Of a DNA stretch of 64,000 bases, positions 9,585 through 19,193 are shown in pieces. Position 1 is the first letter of the stretch, and every line of letters starts with the position of its first letter. The notes beneath the pieces were generated by a model that had not been told where the DNA came from, searched no databases, and was given only the letters and a program-made list of their open reading frames with translations. The stretch is from an uncultured bacterium. Lineage in GTDB: Bacteria; Bacillota_I; Bacilli_A; RF39; UBA660. The stretch is taken from NCBI GenBank assembly GCA_947646655.1, contig CANSHI010000002.1, positions 147,123 through 211,122 on the forward strand, written 5' to 3'. A program made the position numbers and the translations under genes.

Positions 9585-9758
9585 AGCAGCTTTTTCATTT
9601 TTCTTAAATGTTCTATATTCTCTTGCACTAAGGACAACTTTTTGTCCATTTATAGTAACTTTTTGAGTGTTAACTCCCTGTTTTTTCTTAGTAGCGTTAA
9701 GAGCATGTGATCTTGCATTAGCAAAATTCGGTTTTTTTCTAGTTATTTTTGTTGCCAT
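9582..9758 (-). CDS. rpmB: 50S ribosomal protein L28 (58 aa); not in the ORF track
   Basis: My manual minus-strand translation is MATKITRKKPNFANARSHALNATKKKQGVNTQKVTINGQKVVLSAREYRTFKKNEKAA, which has the L28 pattern (SHALNATKR...NLQKV...SARAL); RBS GGAGGG. Confidence 0.85.
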   Translation of the reverse strand: MATKITRKKPNFANARSHALNATKKKQGVNTQKVTINGQKVVLSAREYRTFKKNEKAA

Positions 9759-10006
9759 AATTTTCCCTCCTTAAGCGACAATTGCTTTTTGATTATAGCA
9801 TTTAAAAGGGCTCTTGTCAAATTTTTTGTTTAAAAATTTTATTTTAAATAAGTTTAATACTGAAAAGTGAAAATAGTTTTTAATTTTTTTTTAAATAAAA
9901 ATTAAATTTAGTAGGTTTAAATTAAGAAATGCATTTGCCTTTTTAATCAATATGTGTTATGATTTGGTTAACAATAACAGGTAGTTTGTTGATGAGGAGA
10001 AGTATT

Positions 10007-10753
10007 ATGAAAAAAGTTTTAACAGTGGTTTGTTTAGGTTTAATGTTGTTGGCGACTGGGTGTGACAAACCTCCAGTAAGTGAAGGTCAAGATGTTAAAG
10101 AGTCTAGAGATGAAAAAGTAGAATTTGAAAAGATTAATTTTAAAGAAATAGATATTGTCGAAAAAGATATAAAGGTACTTTTAGGTTACGATACTATTGA
10201 AGAACTAACTAATAATGACAAACTTTATATTGCTTTAGAAAGTTATGCTAGTAAAAGCGGTCTTAATAATATGTTTGAAATTAAAACAGTGAAAAAAAGT
10301 GACGTTATAAATGCTTTTCAAAATACCATATTTGGTGATTTAGATCTCGAGCACGAAGATGTATTATGTGAATGTAAGAGTAAACTTTTCGTTTATAATA
10401 AAGAAAAAGAAGAATATGTTTACAATGAAGAGCATGGAGGACATGGTTTTTGCAAAGTTTATAAAGAATTTACAAAATTAGTAGATTTTTATGAGAAAGA
10501 TGGCCAATATATTGCTAGTTATAAATATGCTTTTGGAAATTATTGTGAAGATGATTCTACGCAAATTTTTGGTAGTTACTCTGATGCAGAAAAGCAAAAA
10601 AATCCTATTTATAATGATGATATTTTATCTCAGGAAACAGAAGATACTGTAAAGCAAGATTATGAAGAAATAAAAGACAAACTAATGACTTATACTTATA
10701 CTTTTGAAAAAGTAGGTGGCAAAATAAAAATAGTAGATTTTAAAAGAAGTTAA
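10007..10753 (+). CDS. Hypothetical lipoprotein
   Basis: The internal ATG after GAGGAG gives MKKVLTVVCLGLMLLATGCDK (lipobox); the track start at 9959 has no RBS. Confidence 0.6.
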   Translation: MKKVLTVVCLGLMLLATGCDKPPVSEGQDVKESRDEKVEFEKINFKEIDIVEKDIKVLLGYDTIEELTNNDKLYIALESYASKSGLNNMFEIKTVKKSDVINAFQNTIFGDLDLEHEDVLCECKSKLFVYNKEKEEYVYNEEHGGHGFCKVYKEFTKLVDFYEKDGQYIASYKYAFGNYCEDDSTQIFGSYSDAEKQKNPIYNDDILSQETEDTVKQDYEEIKDKLMTYTYTFEKVGGKIKIVDFKRS

Positions 10754-10873
10754 AGTCTTTTTTTTATGTAATTTTGAAACTAAAAACTTTTAACTTTATG
10801 GTGGTTATTTTGATAAAAAGCAGTGTAAAAAATTTATTTGAATGGTATAATTATATTAATTAGGAGGTTTATC

Positions 10874-13741
10874 ATGAAGTACGTACCAATAAGTTTTAAA
10901 AGCGACTATTCACTTCTAAAGAGTATGCTTAAAATGAAAGATATAATTTCTTATGCTTTAGAAAATGATTTTAAATTTGTAGGTATATTAGATGATAACC
11001 CTTATGGAATTATGGATTTTTATGAAAAATGTACATCTAATGGGTTAAAATGTGTATTTGGAATGGTAGTAAAAATTGGAGATAATAAAATTTACTTGTA
11101 TGTAAAAGATTATCAGGGATATAAAAATATTATTAAGATTAATGACTTAGTGCAAGATAATAAACTTACTTTAAACGATATCTTTAAATATAATGAGGGC
11201 ATTATTTGTGTTTTACCATTTGAGCATTATAACTTATTTAATAGATTTAAACCAGTTTTTGAAGTTTATTTGGGATATAAAAATGATATAGAACTTAAAA
11301 ATGCTATCTTGATTACAAAGAAGGTTTTATTTGTAAACGAAATTCAATGTTTTAACAAAAATGATAAAAAATTATTAGATATTTTATATAAAATTGCTGG
11401 TAATCAATTTTGCGAGCATGAAAATTATATTTTGGAGGCGAGCGAGGCGGATATTAAAACTATAGAAGAATTTCAAGAAAATATAGAGTTATATTTTGAA
11501 TTTGATAAACGATATATTAGAAAATATTGTAGGAGTTTGGAAGAATCTCGTAATTTACTTTTTAAATTGTCTAAAAAGGGCTTGGAAAAAAGATTAGATG
11601 GAAAAGTTAGTGAAGAATATAAAAGGCGATTAGAATACGAACTAAGTGTTATCGATTCAATGGGATTTATCGATTATTTTTTGGTTGTTTATGATTATGT
11701 AAAGTTTGCTAAACAAAACAATATATATGTAGGACCTGGTAGGGGTAGTGCTGCGGGTTCTTTGGTCAGTTATACTTTAGGTATAACCGATGTCGATCCG
11801 ATTAAATATGACTTGCTATTTGAAAGATTTTTGAACCCTAAGAGAATTACGATGCCTGATATCGATATCGATTTTGAAGATATTAGAAGAGGAGAGGTTA
11901 TAGACTATGTTCGTCATAAATATGGTGAAAATGCTGTTTCTTTAATCGTTGCATATGGAACTTTTGGCGCGAGACAAGCAGTTAGAGATATTGGAAAAAT
12001 AATGGGTGTTCCTGAAAGTGTGATTAGTGAGCTTTCAAAACAGTTAAATCCAAAATTTTCTTTAAAAGAAAACTTGAATAATAAAAGTTTGGTTGAATTT
12101 ATAAAATCCAAAAAACTTGAAACTGTTTATAAAGTTAGTATGAAGTTTGAAGGATTAAAAAAGAATACGACTATACATGCTGCTGGAGTTTTAATATGTG
12201 ATAGACCTCTTTTGGAGTTAGTACCTACTATGACAAATGGCGATACACTGCTCACAGGGTTTACGAAAGAATATTTGGAAATGTTAGGTCTTTTAAAAAT
12301 GGACTTTTTGGGTGTTAGGAATTTGACAACTTTAAATAATACTGCAAAATTAGTAAAAGGTATAAATAAAAGTTTTAGTCTTAAAGAAATTCCACTTAAT
12401 GATGCTAAGACGTTTAAACTTTTGAGTAGTGGAAACACTGATGGAATATTCCAGTTCGAAACACCTGGAATGACTAAATTCTTAAAAAAGTTAGAGCCTA
12501 GTACATTTGATGATTTAATCGCGGCTGTCGCGCTTTTCAGACCAGGTCCTATGGATAACATAGATGAATACATTAAAAGAAGAAAAGGCTTAATAAAAGT
12601 GTCATATATTCATAAAGATTTGGAAGATATCCTTAAAAGTACATATGGAATAATAATATACCAGGAGCAAATTATGCAAATTCTTGCTCTTATGGGTGGA
12701 TATGATTATGCTGAGGCAGATCTGATTAGACGTGCTATGAGTAAGAAGAAAAAAGATGTCATGGAAAATGAAAGAGTTAAGTTTGTAAGTGAATCAGTAA
12801 AAAGAGGATATGAAGAGAATATTGCCAAAGAGGTTTATGACTTAATAGTCAAGTTTGCTAATTATGGATTTAATAAAGCACATTCAGTTGCATATGCTTT
12901 AATCGGTTATCAAATGGCTTATTTAAAGGCTAATTACATGGAACAGTTTTCTTTAAATACTTTAAATATGAACATTGGAAGTGATGCGAAAACTAAGGAT
13001 GTTATAGAAGATGCTAAAAATAAAGGATTAAAAATAGTTAAGCCTAGTGTTAATAGAAGTCAGCTGAAATATGTCATAGAGAATGGTGAACTTATTTTGC
13101 CTTTAACGGCGATTAAAAATGTCTCATCATTGCAGAGTAAAGTTATTGTAGAAAATGCACCTTACAGAGACTATTTTGACTTTTTTAAAAAAATTAATGG
13201 CAAGGGTATTAATAAGATGTTAGTGGAGACGTTAATTAAGGCTGGTGCGTTGGAAGATTTTAGTAAGTCAAAAAAAACACTTCTGTCTAATATCGATTAT
13301 GCTCTGACATATGTAGAACTTGTAAACAATTTAGATGAATCTTTGGTGATGAAACCTGAATTAGAAGTGTCTCAAATCCCTGATGAAGAGTACTCAGAAT
13401 TAGATATTTTCGGGTTTTATGTGTCTGGACATCCATCTTTAAAGTATCAAGGTACTGATAGAGTCAAAGTTAAAGACGTAGAAAAATTTATGGGAAGAAA
13501 GATATTGTTAGTTGGACTTGTGGAAAAAGTCAAAGTTATCAACACCAAAAAAGGTGAAGAGATGGCTTTTGTCGATATTAACGATGAGACTAAGACTATC
13601 GATTGTGTCATTTTTCCGAGAAATAATGGTTTAATCAAAGATCTTGTCGTGGGAGAATTATATAAAGCATGGGGACAGGTAACAAAAAAAGGAGAAGAAG
13701 TTCAAATTATAATTTCCAATGTCGAGAAAATGGAAAAATAA
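10874..13741 (+). CDS. dnaE: DNA polymerase III alpha subunit DnaE (PHP plus polymerase core)
   Basis: PHP N-terminus (FKSDYSLLKS), GPGRGSAAGSLVSYTLGITDVDP, and PDIDIDF; the track start at 10838 is TTG and ATG 10874 follows AGGAGG. Confidence 0.9.
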   Translation: MKYVPISFKSDYSLLKSMLKMKDIISYALENDFKFVGILDDNPYGIMDFYEKCTSNGLKCVFGMVVKIGDNKIYLYVKDYQGYKNIIKINDLVQDNKLTLNDIFKYNEGIICVLPFEHYNLFNRFKPVFEVYLGYKNDIELKNAILITKKVLFVNEIQCFNKNDKKLLDILYKIAGNQFCEHENYILEASEADIKTIEEFQENIELYFEFDKRYIRKYCRSLEESRNLLFKLSKKGLEKRLDGKVSEEYKRRLEYELSVIDSMGFIDYFLVVYDYVKFAKQNNIYVGPGRGSAAGSLVSYTLGITDVDPIKYDLLFERFLNPKRITMPDIDIDFEDIRRGEVIDYVRHKYGENAVSLIVAYGTFGARQAVRDIGKIMGVPESVISELSKQLNPKFSLKENLNNKSLVEFIKSKKLETVYKVSMKFEGLKKNTTIHAAGVLICDRPLLELVPTMTNGDTLLTGFTKEYLEMLGLLKMDFLGVRNLTTLNNTAKLVKGINKSFSLKEIPLNDAKTFKLLSSGNTDGIFQFETPGMTKFLKKLEPSTFDDLIAAVALFRPGPMDNIDEYIKRRKGLIKVSYIHKDLEDILKSTYGIIIYQEQIMQILALMGGYDYAEADLIRRAMSKKKKDVMENERVKFVSESVKRGYEENIAKEVYDLIVKFANYGFNKAHSVAYALIGYQMAYLKANYMEQFSLNTLNMNIGSDAKTKDVIEDAKNKGLKIVKPSVNRSQLKYVIENGELILPLTAIKNVSSLQSKVIVENAPYRDYFDFFKKINGKGINKMLVETLIKAGALEDFSKSKKTLLSNIDYALTYVELVNNLDESLVMKPELEVSQIPDEEYSELDIFGFYVSGHPSLKYQGTDRVKVKDVEKFMGRKILLVGLVEKVKVINTKKGEEMAFVDINDETKTIDCVIFPRNNGLIKDLVVGELYKAWGQVTKKGEEVQIIISNVEKMEK

Positions 13742-13770
13742 AAAATTCGGTGATCCCGAATTTTTTAATA
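13742..13770. terminator. Bidirectional terminator between dnaE and rubrerythrin
   Basis: AAAAATTCGG-tgatc-CCGAATTTTTT hairpin, T/A-rich on both sides. Confidence 0.5.
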
Positions 13771-14304
13771 GTTAGTTGCTTTTAATTCCATATAACTTTC
13801 TGGATGATTACATACTGGGCAAACTTTTAGAGCATCTTTACCATAGTATACATGCCCGCAGTTTCTGCAGATCCATACAGTGTCTTCGCTTTTGTGGAAA
13901 ACTTCGTTTGATTCAACATTTCCTAAAAGTTTTAAATATCTTTCTTCATGATTTTTTTCGATTTCTCCAACCATTTCAAAAAGTCTAGCGATTTGGTCAA
14001 AGCCTTCTTCTTTAGCAGTTTCTGCAAATTCTTTGTACATGTCAGTCCATTCAAAGTTTTCTCCTGCAGCTGCATCACGTAAATTCTCGGCAGTAGATGG
14101 TACTGAACCTCCATGTAATTGTTTGAACCACATTTTTGCGTGCTCTTTTTCATTATTAGCTGTTTCTTCAAAGATAGCAGCGATTTGTTCATAGCCCTCT
14201 TTCTTTGCTTGACTAGCATAATAAGTGTATTTGTTTCTCGCTTGGGATTCTCCAGCGAATGCAGCCATTAAATTGGCTTCAGTTTTAGAACCTTTTAATT
14301 CCAT
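13765..14304 (-). CDS. rbr: Rubrerythrin
   Basis: Ferritin-like diiron E..H repeats plus a C-terminal rubredoxin-like CxxC...CxxC ([10 protein letters not shown]...CPVCNHP). Confidence 0.9.
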   Translation of the reverse strand: MELKGSKTEANLMAAFAGESQARNKYTYYASQAKKEGYEQIAAIFEETANNEKEHAKMWFKQLHGGSVPSTAENLRDAAAGENFEWTDMYKEFAETAKEEGFDQIARLFEMVGEIEKNHEERYLKLLGNVESNEVFHKSEDTVWICRNCGHVYYGKDALKVCPVCNHPESYMELKATNY

Positions 14305-14452
14305 ATTGTTTTACTTCCTTTCTTTCACCTGATTTGGTGTTACGTGTTTAAGTATATCATAGTGACATTTATTTTTGAAGAGGCAATTTTTAAGTTCTTA
14401 ATTTTACTTTGCCTTTTCTTATTTTTTTTGTATAATGGAAGTGGTGATAAAT

Positions 14453-15763
14453 ATGTTTGAATACATGGGAGATAGAATTAGTAATGCGATTAAAAATATT
14501 AGAGGGTTAGGTAAGATAACAGAGTCGAATATCGATGATGCTGTTCGTGAAATTCGAATGGCTTTGCTAGAAGCTGATGTCAATTTTTCAGTAGTTAAAG
14601 AATTTGTCGCGAATGTTAAGGAAAAAGCTTTAGGTGAAGAAGTTGGGAAAAGCTTAAAGCCTGATGAAGTTTTTATAAAGATAGTACGAGATGAGTTAGT
14701 TAGTTTACTTGGTGAGAGTGGGGAAGCTCTTAAAACAGATGGAAATCCTACTATAATTATGATGGCTGGATTACAAGGTAGTGGTAAAACAACTCACTCT
14801 GGTAAAATTGCAAACTATGTTCGTAAGAAATGCGGAAAAAAACCTTTGCTCGTTGCGTGTGATGTTTATAGACCCGCGGCAGTTGATCAGTTAAAACAAA
14901 TAGGATCATCGTTAGGCATTCCTGTGTATGATGAGGGGACAGATGTTAAGCCTGTCGAGATTATTAGACATGCTCTAGAATATGCTAAGGAAAATAAAAA
15001 CGACTTCATAATTATAGATACAGCTGGTCGTCTTCAAATAGATGAAGCTTTAATGGATGAATTGGTAGAAATAAGCAATAATTTTAAACTTGATGAAATT
15101 CTTCTCGTTATAGATGCAATGATGGGTCAAGATGCTATAAATGTAATTAATGGATTTAACGATAAATTGAAACTTACTGGTGCAATTTTAACTAAAATGG
15201 ATGGAAATACTAAAGGTGGTGTTGCACTTTCAGTAAGACATCTTACAAATGTTCCAATTAAATTTATTGGAGATTCTGAAAAAATGGATGGTTTGACAGC
15301 ATTTGATCCAAAAAGAATGGCTGATAGAATACTTGATATGGGAGATATTTTGTCAATTGTAGAAAAGGTTGAAGAAAATATCGATATAGATGAAACAACA
15401 AACTTAGCTAAAAAAATGCAAAAAGGTAAATTCGATTTAGATGATTTTTTAAAGACTTTTAAACAAATTAAAAAAATGGGGCCACTTGAGAACTTGTTAA
15501 AGTTAATACCAGGAGCTAGAAACGCTGGGTTAAATAATGTTCAAATAGATCCTAAAGAGATAGCCCATGTAGAAGCAATTATTTTATCGATGACGTCTTA
15601 TGAAAGAAAACACCCTGAAGAAATTAAACATTCGAGAAAACAAAGAATTTCTAAAGGTTCAGGAAGAAGTGTGGAAGAAATTAATAAACTTTTAACACAA
15701 TTCGAGCAGATGAAAAAGATGATGAAGCAACTTACGAGTGGAAATATGAAAATGCCATTTTAA
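14453..15763 (+). CDS. ffh: Signal recognition particle protein Ffh
   Basis: SRP54 N, G and M domains (GLQGSGKTT, DTAGR, Met-rich C-terminus); ATG 14453 follows GGTGA. Confidence 0.9.
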   Translation: MFEYMGDRISNAIKNIRGLGKITESNIDDAVREIRMALLEADVNFSVVKEFVANVKEKALGEEVGKSLKPDEVFIKIVRDELVSLLGESGEALKTDGNPTIIMMAGLQGSGKTTHSGKIANYVRKKCGKKPLLVACDVYRPAAVDQLKQIGSSLGIPVYDEGTDVKPVEIIRHALEYAKENKNDFIIIDTAGRLQIDEALMDELVEISNNFKLDEILLVIDAMMGQDAINVINGFNDKLKLTGAILTKMDGNTKGGVALSVRHLTNVPIKFIGDSEKMDGLTAFDPKRMADRILDMGDILSIVEKVEENIDIDETTNLAKKMQKGKFDLDDFLKTFKQIKKMGPLENLLKLIPGARNAGLNNVQIDPKEIAHVEAIILSMTSYERKHPEEIKHSRKQRISKGSGRSVEEINKLLTQFEQMKKMMKQLTSGNMKMPF

Positions 15764-15863
15764 GTGGGAGCGAAATATGAAAAAATGTATTAATTTAATT
15801 TGTCAAATATGGCTGTATGTATATTTTGTTTTAAAATTATTAATTTAGAAATGAGGAATAAAT

Positions 15864-16445
15864 ATGTTAGAACTAAGTGAAGAAATGAAGGAATATGCTA
15901 GGAAGTCAGCATTGGAATTTCAAAAAAATTTGAATTTTAATCAAACGCTTACGAAGAAATTGCTATCAGACTTCGATTATATTAACTGGTTAGTAAATTT
16001 CTATAGAAGTCATGATTATTTTTATGATGATGATTGGTTGTATACTCCTGAAGCGATAACTGAAGAGGATAGCATGCAATTAAGAAAATTAGATAACTTT
16101 CTTACAGGTATAGTGGAGTATGTCAATAAAATGAATTTGGTATTAGACGAAGATTACTATCTTATTAAGTTTGAGGATGAGATGTTGACATTAAGAGAAT
16201 TTCATGGCCAAGGAGTTCATATTCAGGTTAATAGAGTCGAAGAAAATTTAGAAGGTAAAGTAATCGATATAAAAGATGTGGTAGAATATTATTCTGTGGG
16301 TAATGATTTAAGTCAAATATCTTTTGCAATTAAAAATGCCTTTCGTAATGGTATCTCTGAAGAGGTAATAATCGAGAAAGTTAGTAATACTTTGGAGCAA
16401 TTAAATGTCGAACAACAAAAAAGAATGCTGTTTAATTCAGATTAA
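15864..16445 (+). CDS. Hypothetical cytoplasmic protein, first gene of the kinase cassette
   Basis: 193 aa, no recognisable motif; RBS GAGGAA. Confidence 0.5.
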   Translation: MLELSEEMKEYARKSALEFQKNLNFNQTLTKKLLSDFDYINWLVNFYRSHDYFYDDDWLYTPEAITEEDSMQLRKLDNFLTGIVEYVNKMNLVLDEDYYLIKFEDEMLTLREFHGQGVHIQVNRVEENLEGKVIDIKDVVEYYSVGNDLSQISFAIKNAFRNGISEEVIIEKVSNTLEQLNVEQQKRMLFNSD

Positions 16446-16562
16446 ATTTTTGAGAACATTTAACGATGTTCTTTTTTATACATTGATAATTTTGTCTATA
16501 TGCATTGATTGTAAGTAGATTTCATTTTTGGTATAATGATAATATCAAAGGAGGTCTTTGAA

Positions 16563-17747
16563 ATGAAATGTTTACTTATGAATAAAAATACAGAAGTATT
16601 ATTGGTAGAGTTTAATACGAGTTTTGGAATATTTGATAAAGTGTATGAAATCAGGAATATGGATTATGCACCACTTGTACTAAAAAATTATTATGAAAAA
16701 GAAAAAGATGAAATATTATTACTTAACAGATTAACAGAATGGTTTAAAGGAAGGGGAATACCTAGTTGGAGGGATAAACTCGATATACTTCTGCACCGTC
16801 TTAATGTTGAGACTTCTTGCGAGCTTTTAGATAAATCTTTTGGTTTATCTTTGTCTGACCAATATTGGTTAAAACCTAATGATTTAGATATAAGTTATAA
16901 AGAGATAAACTTTTTTGACAATGACTTCGACTATGCAGAATTTTTAGAAGCCTCCTTGTCTTTAAATGGTGGACCTGTTGAGAGGGAAGAAGCATTAAAA
17001 ACACCTAATAATACTACAGATGGAATGCTAAGAAAAGCTTGGATTATCGAGGGTAAATCAAGGTATTTACTTAAAGGTGGTTATAGGAATGAAATATTGC
17101 AACCATTTAATGAAGTGCTAGCTAGTATGATTTGTGAAAGATTAGGTTTTTATCATGTTGAGTATACTTTGGATACTTATAAAGATTTAGTAGTTTCCAA
17201 ATGTCCGTGTTTTATAACTAAAGATACAGAACTTGTCACTGCATATCAAATAAAAAATGGTATGAAAAAATACGAATCTGAAGATGATTATGAAGATTAT
17301 ATAAAAAAACTTGAAGAAATGGGCATAGAAGATGCTAGAACTCAAATGGAAAATATGTACATTTTAGACTTTCTAATCATGAATGAAGATAGACATTTAA
17401 ATAACTTTGGTATTATAAGAGATGTTAATAATTTAAGATGGATAAGTGTTGCTCCTATATTTGATAATGGAATGGCTTTAAAAGTAGATTATTATAGTGA
17501 AGGAGAGGCTGCTATTTCTGGGTATGGTCGATTATTTTATGAGGTTAAGCCATTTGACGATATCATAAAAGTTGTTAAGAATATTAAAAGAATTGACATA
17601 AGCAAATTAGATGGAATAGTAGAAGAGTTTGAAGCTCTTTTGACTGAATACCAAAGTATTACAAAAATGAGTGATGAAAGAATTCAGTTATTGTGTGTGC
17701 TACTAGATAGGCAAATTAGTAAGCTTAGAGATTTGACAGAAGAATAG
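16563..17747 (+). CDS. HipA-like serine/threonine kinase family protein
   Basis: The C-terminal catalytic motif MNEDRHLNNFG matches HipA D-x-H-x-KN-F-S, and APIFDNG matches HipA aPaYD; a GxxxK P-loop-like motif lies upstream; start after AAAGGAGG. Confidence 0.6.
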   Translation: MKCLLMNKNTEVLLVEFNTSFGIFDKVYEIRNMDYAPLVLKNYYEKEKDEILLLNRLTEWFKGRGIPSWRDKLDILLHRLNVETSCELLDKSFGLSLSDQYWLKPNDLDISYKEINFFDNDFDYAEFLEASLSLNGGPVEREEALKTPNNTTDGMLRKAWIIEGKSRYLLKGGYRNEILQPFNEVLASMICERLGFYHVEYTLDTYKDLVVSKCPCFITKDTELVTAYQIKNGMKKYESEDDYEDYIKKLEEMGIEDARTQMENMYILDFLIMNEDRHLNNFGIIRDVNNLRWISVAPIFDNGMALKVDYYSEGEAAISGYGRLFYEVKPFDDIIKVVKNIKRIDISKLDGIVEEFEALLTEYQSITKMSDERIQLLCVLLDRQISKLRDLTEE

Positions 17748-17835
17748 TTTTCTTCTTTTTATATATGTTTCAAAAAAAATTGATTTTTCTAAAAAATTTG
17801 TTAATATTAAACTTACTGTGAAAAGGGCGGGTTTT

Positions 17836-18627
17836 ATGCAAATAGGTAAGGTTAGTGACAATATTTCATCTATAAAAATAAGTAAAAGAGACTTAGGCAA
17901 TAAATATCATTTAATAGATTATGGCCAAGAAGGAGAAGTTTTTAATTATAATGATATGTATGCTCTAAAGATTTTTAATTTTTGTTCCGACAGCAAGTTT
18001 GAAAAAGTAAAATCATTATTGAGATACTTTGATAAAGATTTTTTGTTTCCCCTTGGTCTAGTTTTCTTCGAGTCAGATTTTTTTGCTGGATATTTTATGA
18101 AGCTTGTTCAGACTAATTATGAAGTTGCCATAGGGAATTTTGAAGATTTAAAGTTAAGTAATATTAAAATGCAGATAGCACTGTTGAGAAAGGCAAGTAT
18201 TGCTTTAAAGAAAGCACACAAAAATGGGATTATCATTGGAGATGTTAAGTCGGATAATATTTTGGTAGACGAGAATTTAAATCCATTGTATGCAGATGTA
18301 GATAATTATAAATATGGTAGAGAGTTTGATTATGATTTGAGACCAGATAGAGCTACGTGGTTAGAGGAATTATATAAAAAAAGTTTTACTGAAGATAATA
18401 ATGATAAATTTCTTTTTGCACTTCTTACACTTGAAGTTATTTTAAATATTTATGAAATAAACTTTTGTAGAGAGTCGATAGACGATGCTTTAAATCGAAT
18501 AAAAAATAAATTATTAAGAGAAGGATTAGAACAAATTTTGGCAGATACCCAAGACAAACCTTATGTTCACGAAATTTTGATGGAAGCTTTAAAAGATCAG
18601 GATCTTCAAAAAATAAAAATAATATAG
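17836..18627 (+). CDS. Protein-kinase-like fold protein (ePK/RIO/Kdo-kinase-like)
   Basis: A VAIK-like Lys (YALKIF), catalytic-loop-like IIIGDVKSDNILVD (D-x-K-x-x-N), and DFG-like ADVDNY; the track start is GTG and ATG 17836 follows AGGGCGGG. Confidence 0.5.
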   Translation: MQIGKVSDNISSIKISKRDLGNKYHLIDYGQEGEVFNYNDMYALKIFNFCSDSKFEKVKSLLRYFDKDFLFPLGLVFFESDFFAGYFMKLVQTNYEVAIGNFEDLKLSNIKMQIALLRKASIALKKAHKNGIIIGDVKSDNILVDENLNPLYADVDNYKYGREFDYDLRPDRATWLEELYKKSFTEDNNDKFLFALLTLEVILNIYEINFCRESIDDALNRIKNKLLREGLEQILADTQDKPYVHEILMEALKDQDLQKIKII

Positions 18628-18712
18628 TTGAAGTTTTAAATTATCGTTAGACTTTTACCTAAACAATATTTTTAATGTTTCATAATATATACTAGAAAGG
18701 AAAGTGTATTTT

Positions 18713-19051
18713 ATGTTCAAAAATAGATGTTGTGAAAGACCTATGTCTTTTAGTCAAGAAACACAAATGAACTTTACAAGTGGAGATGTTTATCCAACTG
18801 CAGTTGATGCAGGAATGATGGGAATGGGAATGGGAATGCCTGGATGTGGTTGCACTATGCCACCAGTTCAAGAATGCCCTCAAGAAAGAGTTTGTCATAA
18901 AGAATTCGTTCATGAAGTTCCTCATATCGTACCAATCAATACTAGAGTTATAAATCATCATATTTATAGACATTCTTATACTCCTTGCTATACTTGCTGT
19001 GAGGAAAATGTAGTTAGTAATGTTTACGATGGATGCCCTAATAAATTCTAA
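18713..19051 (+). CDS. CotD-like Cys/His-rich small protein with a (GM)n tract
   Basis: HKEFVHEVPHIVPINTRVINHHIYRHSYTP resembles the CotD inner-spore-coat family pattern (V.H.VPHI.P...VNHH.Y.H); MMGMGMGMPGCGC repeat; the track start is GTG and ATG 18713 follows AGGAAAG. Confidence 0.5.
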   Translation: MFKNRCCERPMSFSQETQMNFTSGDVYPTAVDAGMMGMGMGMPGCGCTMPPVQECPQERVCHKEFVHEVPHIVPINTRVINHHIYRHSYTPCYTCCEENVVSNVYDGCPNKF

Positions 19052-19193
19052 TGATTAAAAAGTTACATTTTCTCGTAACTTTTTTTGTTCGTTCAAATTA
19101 AAATAAATGTCAAGTTTTGAACATTTTTAATGATAAATAACAAATAAAAAAATAATTGTGTTATAATGTTTTAGAGAATAAAGGGTGATGTTG

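Noticed and set aside
11914-13638. Minus-strand ORFs 11914..12111, 12127..12573 and 13447..13638 inside dnaE
   Set aside because: They are antisense to a strongly supported essential gene. Their products are low-complexity with no motifs, as is typical of AT-rich antisense frames.
13776-14219. ORFs 13776..13988(+) and 13932..14219(-) overlapping rubrerythrin
   Set aside because: The rubrerythrin frame has clear diiron and rubredoxin motifs. The alternatives are other-frame or antisense artefacts.
14435-14452. The upstream ATG start for ffh (MEVVINMFEY...)
   Set aside because: The downstream ATG has a properly spaced GGTGA RBS and gives an Ffh-typical N-terminus. The upstream ATG has no SD.
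18692-18973. A 93-aa minus-strand ORF antisense to the CotD-like gene
   Set aside because: The plus-strand frame carries the CotD-like His periodicity and an RBS, and the antisense product is compositional.
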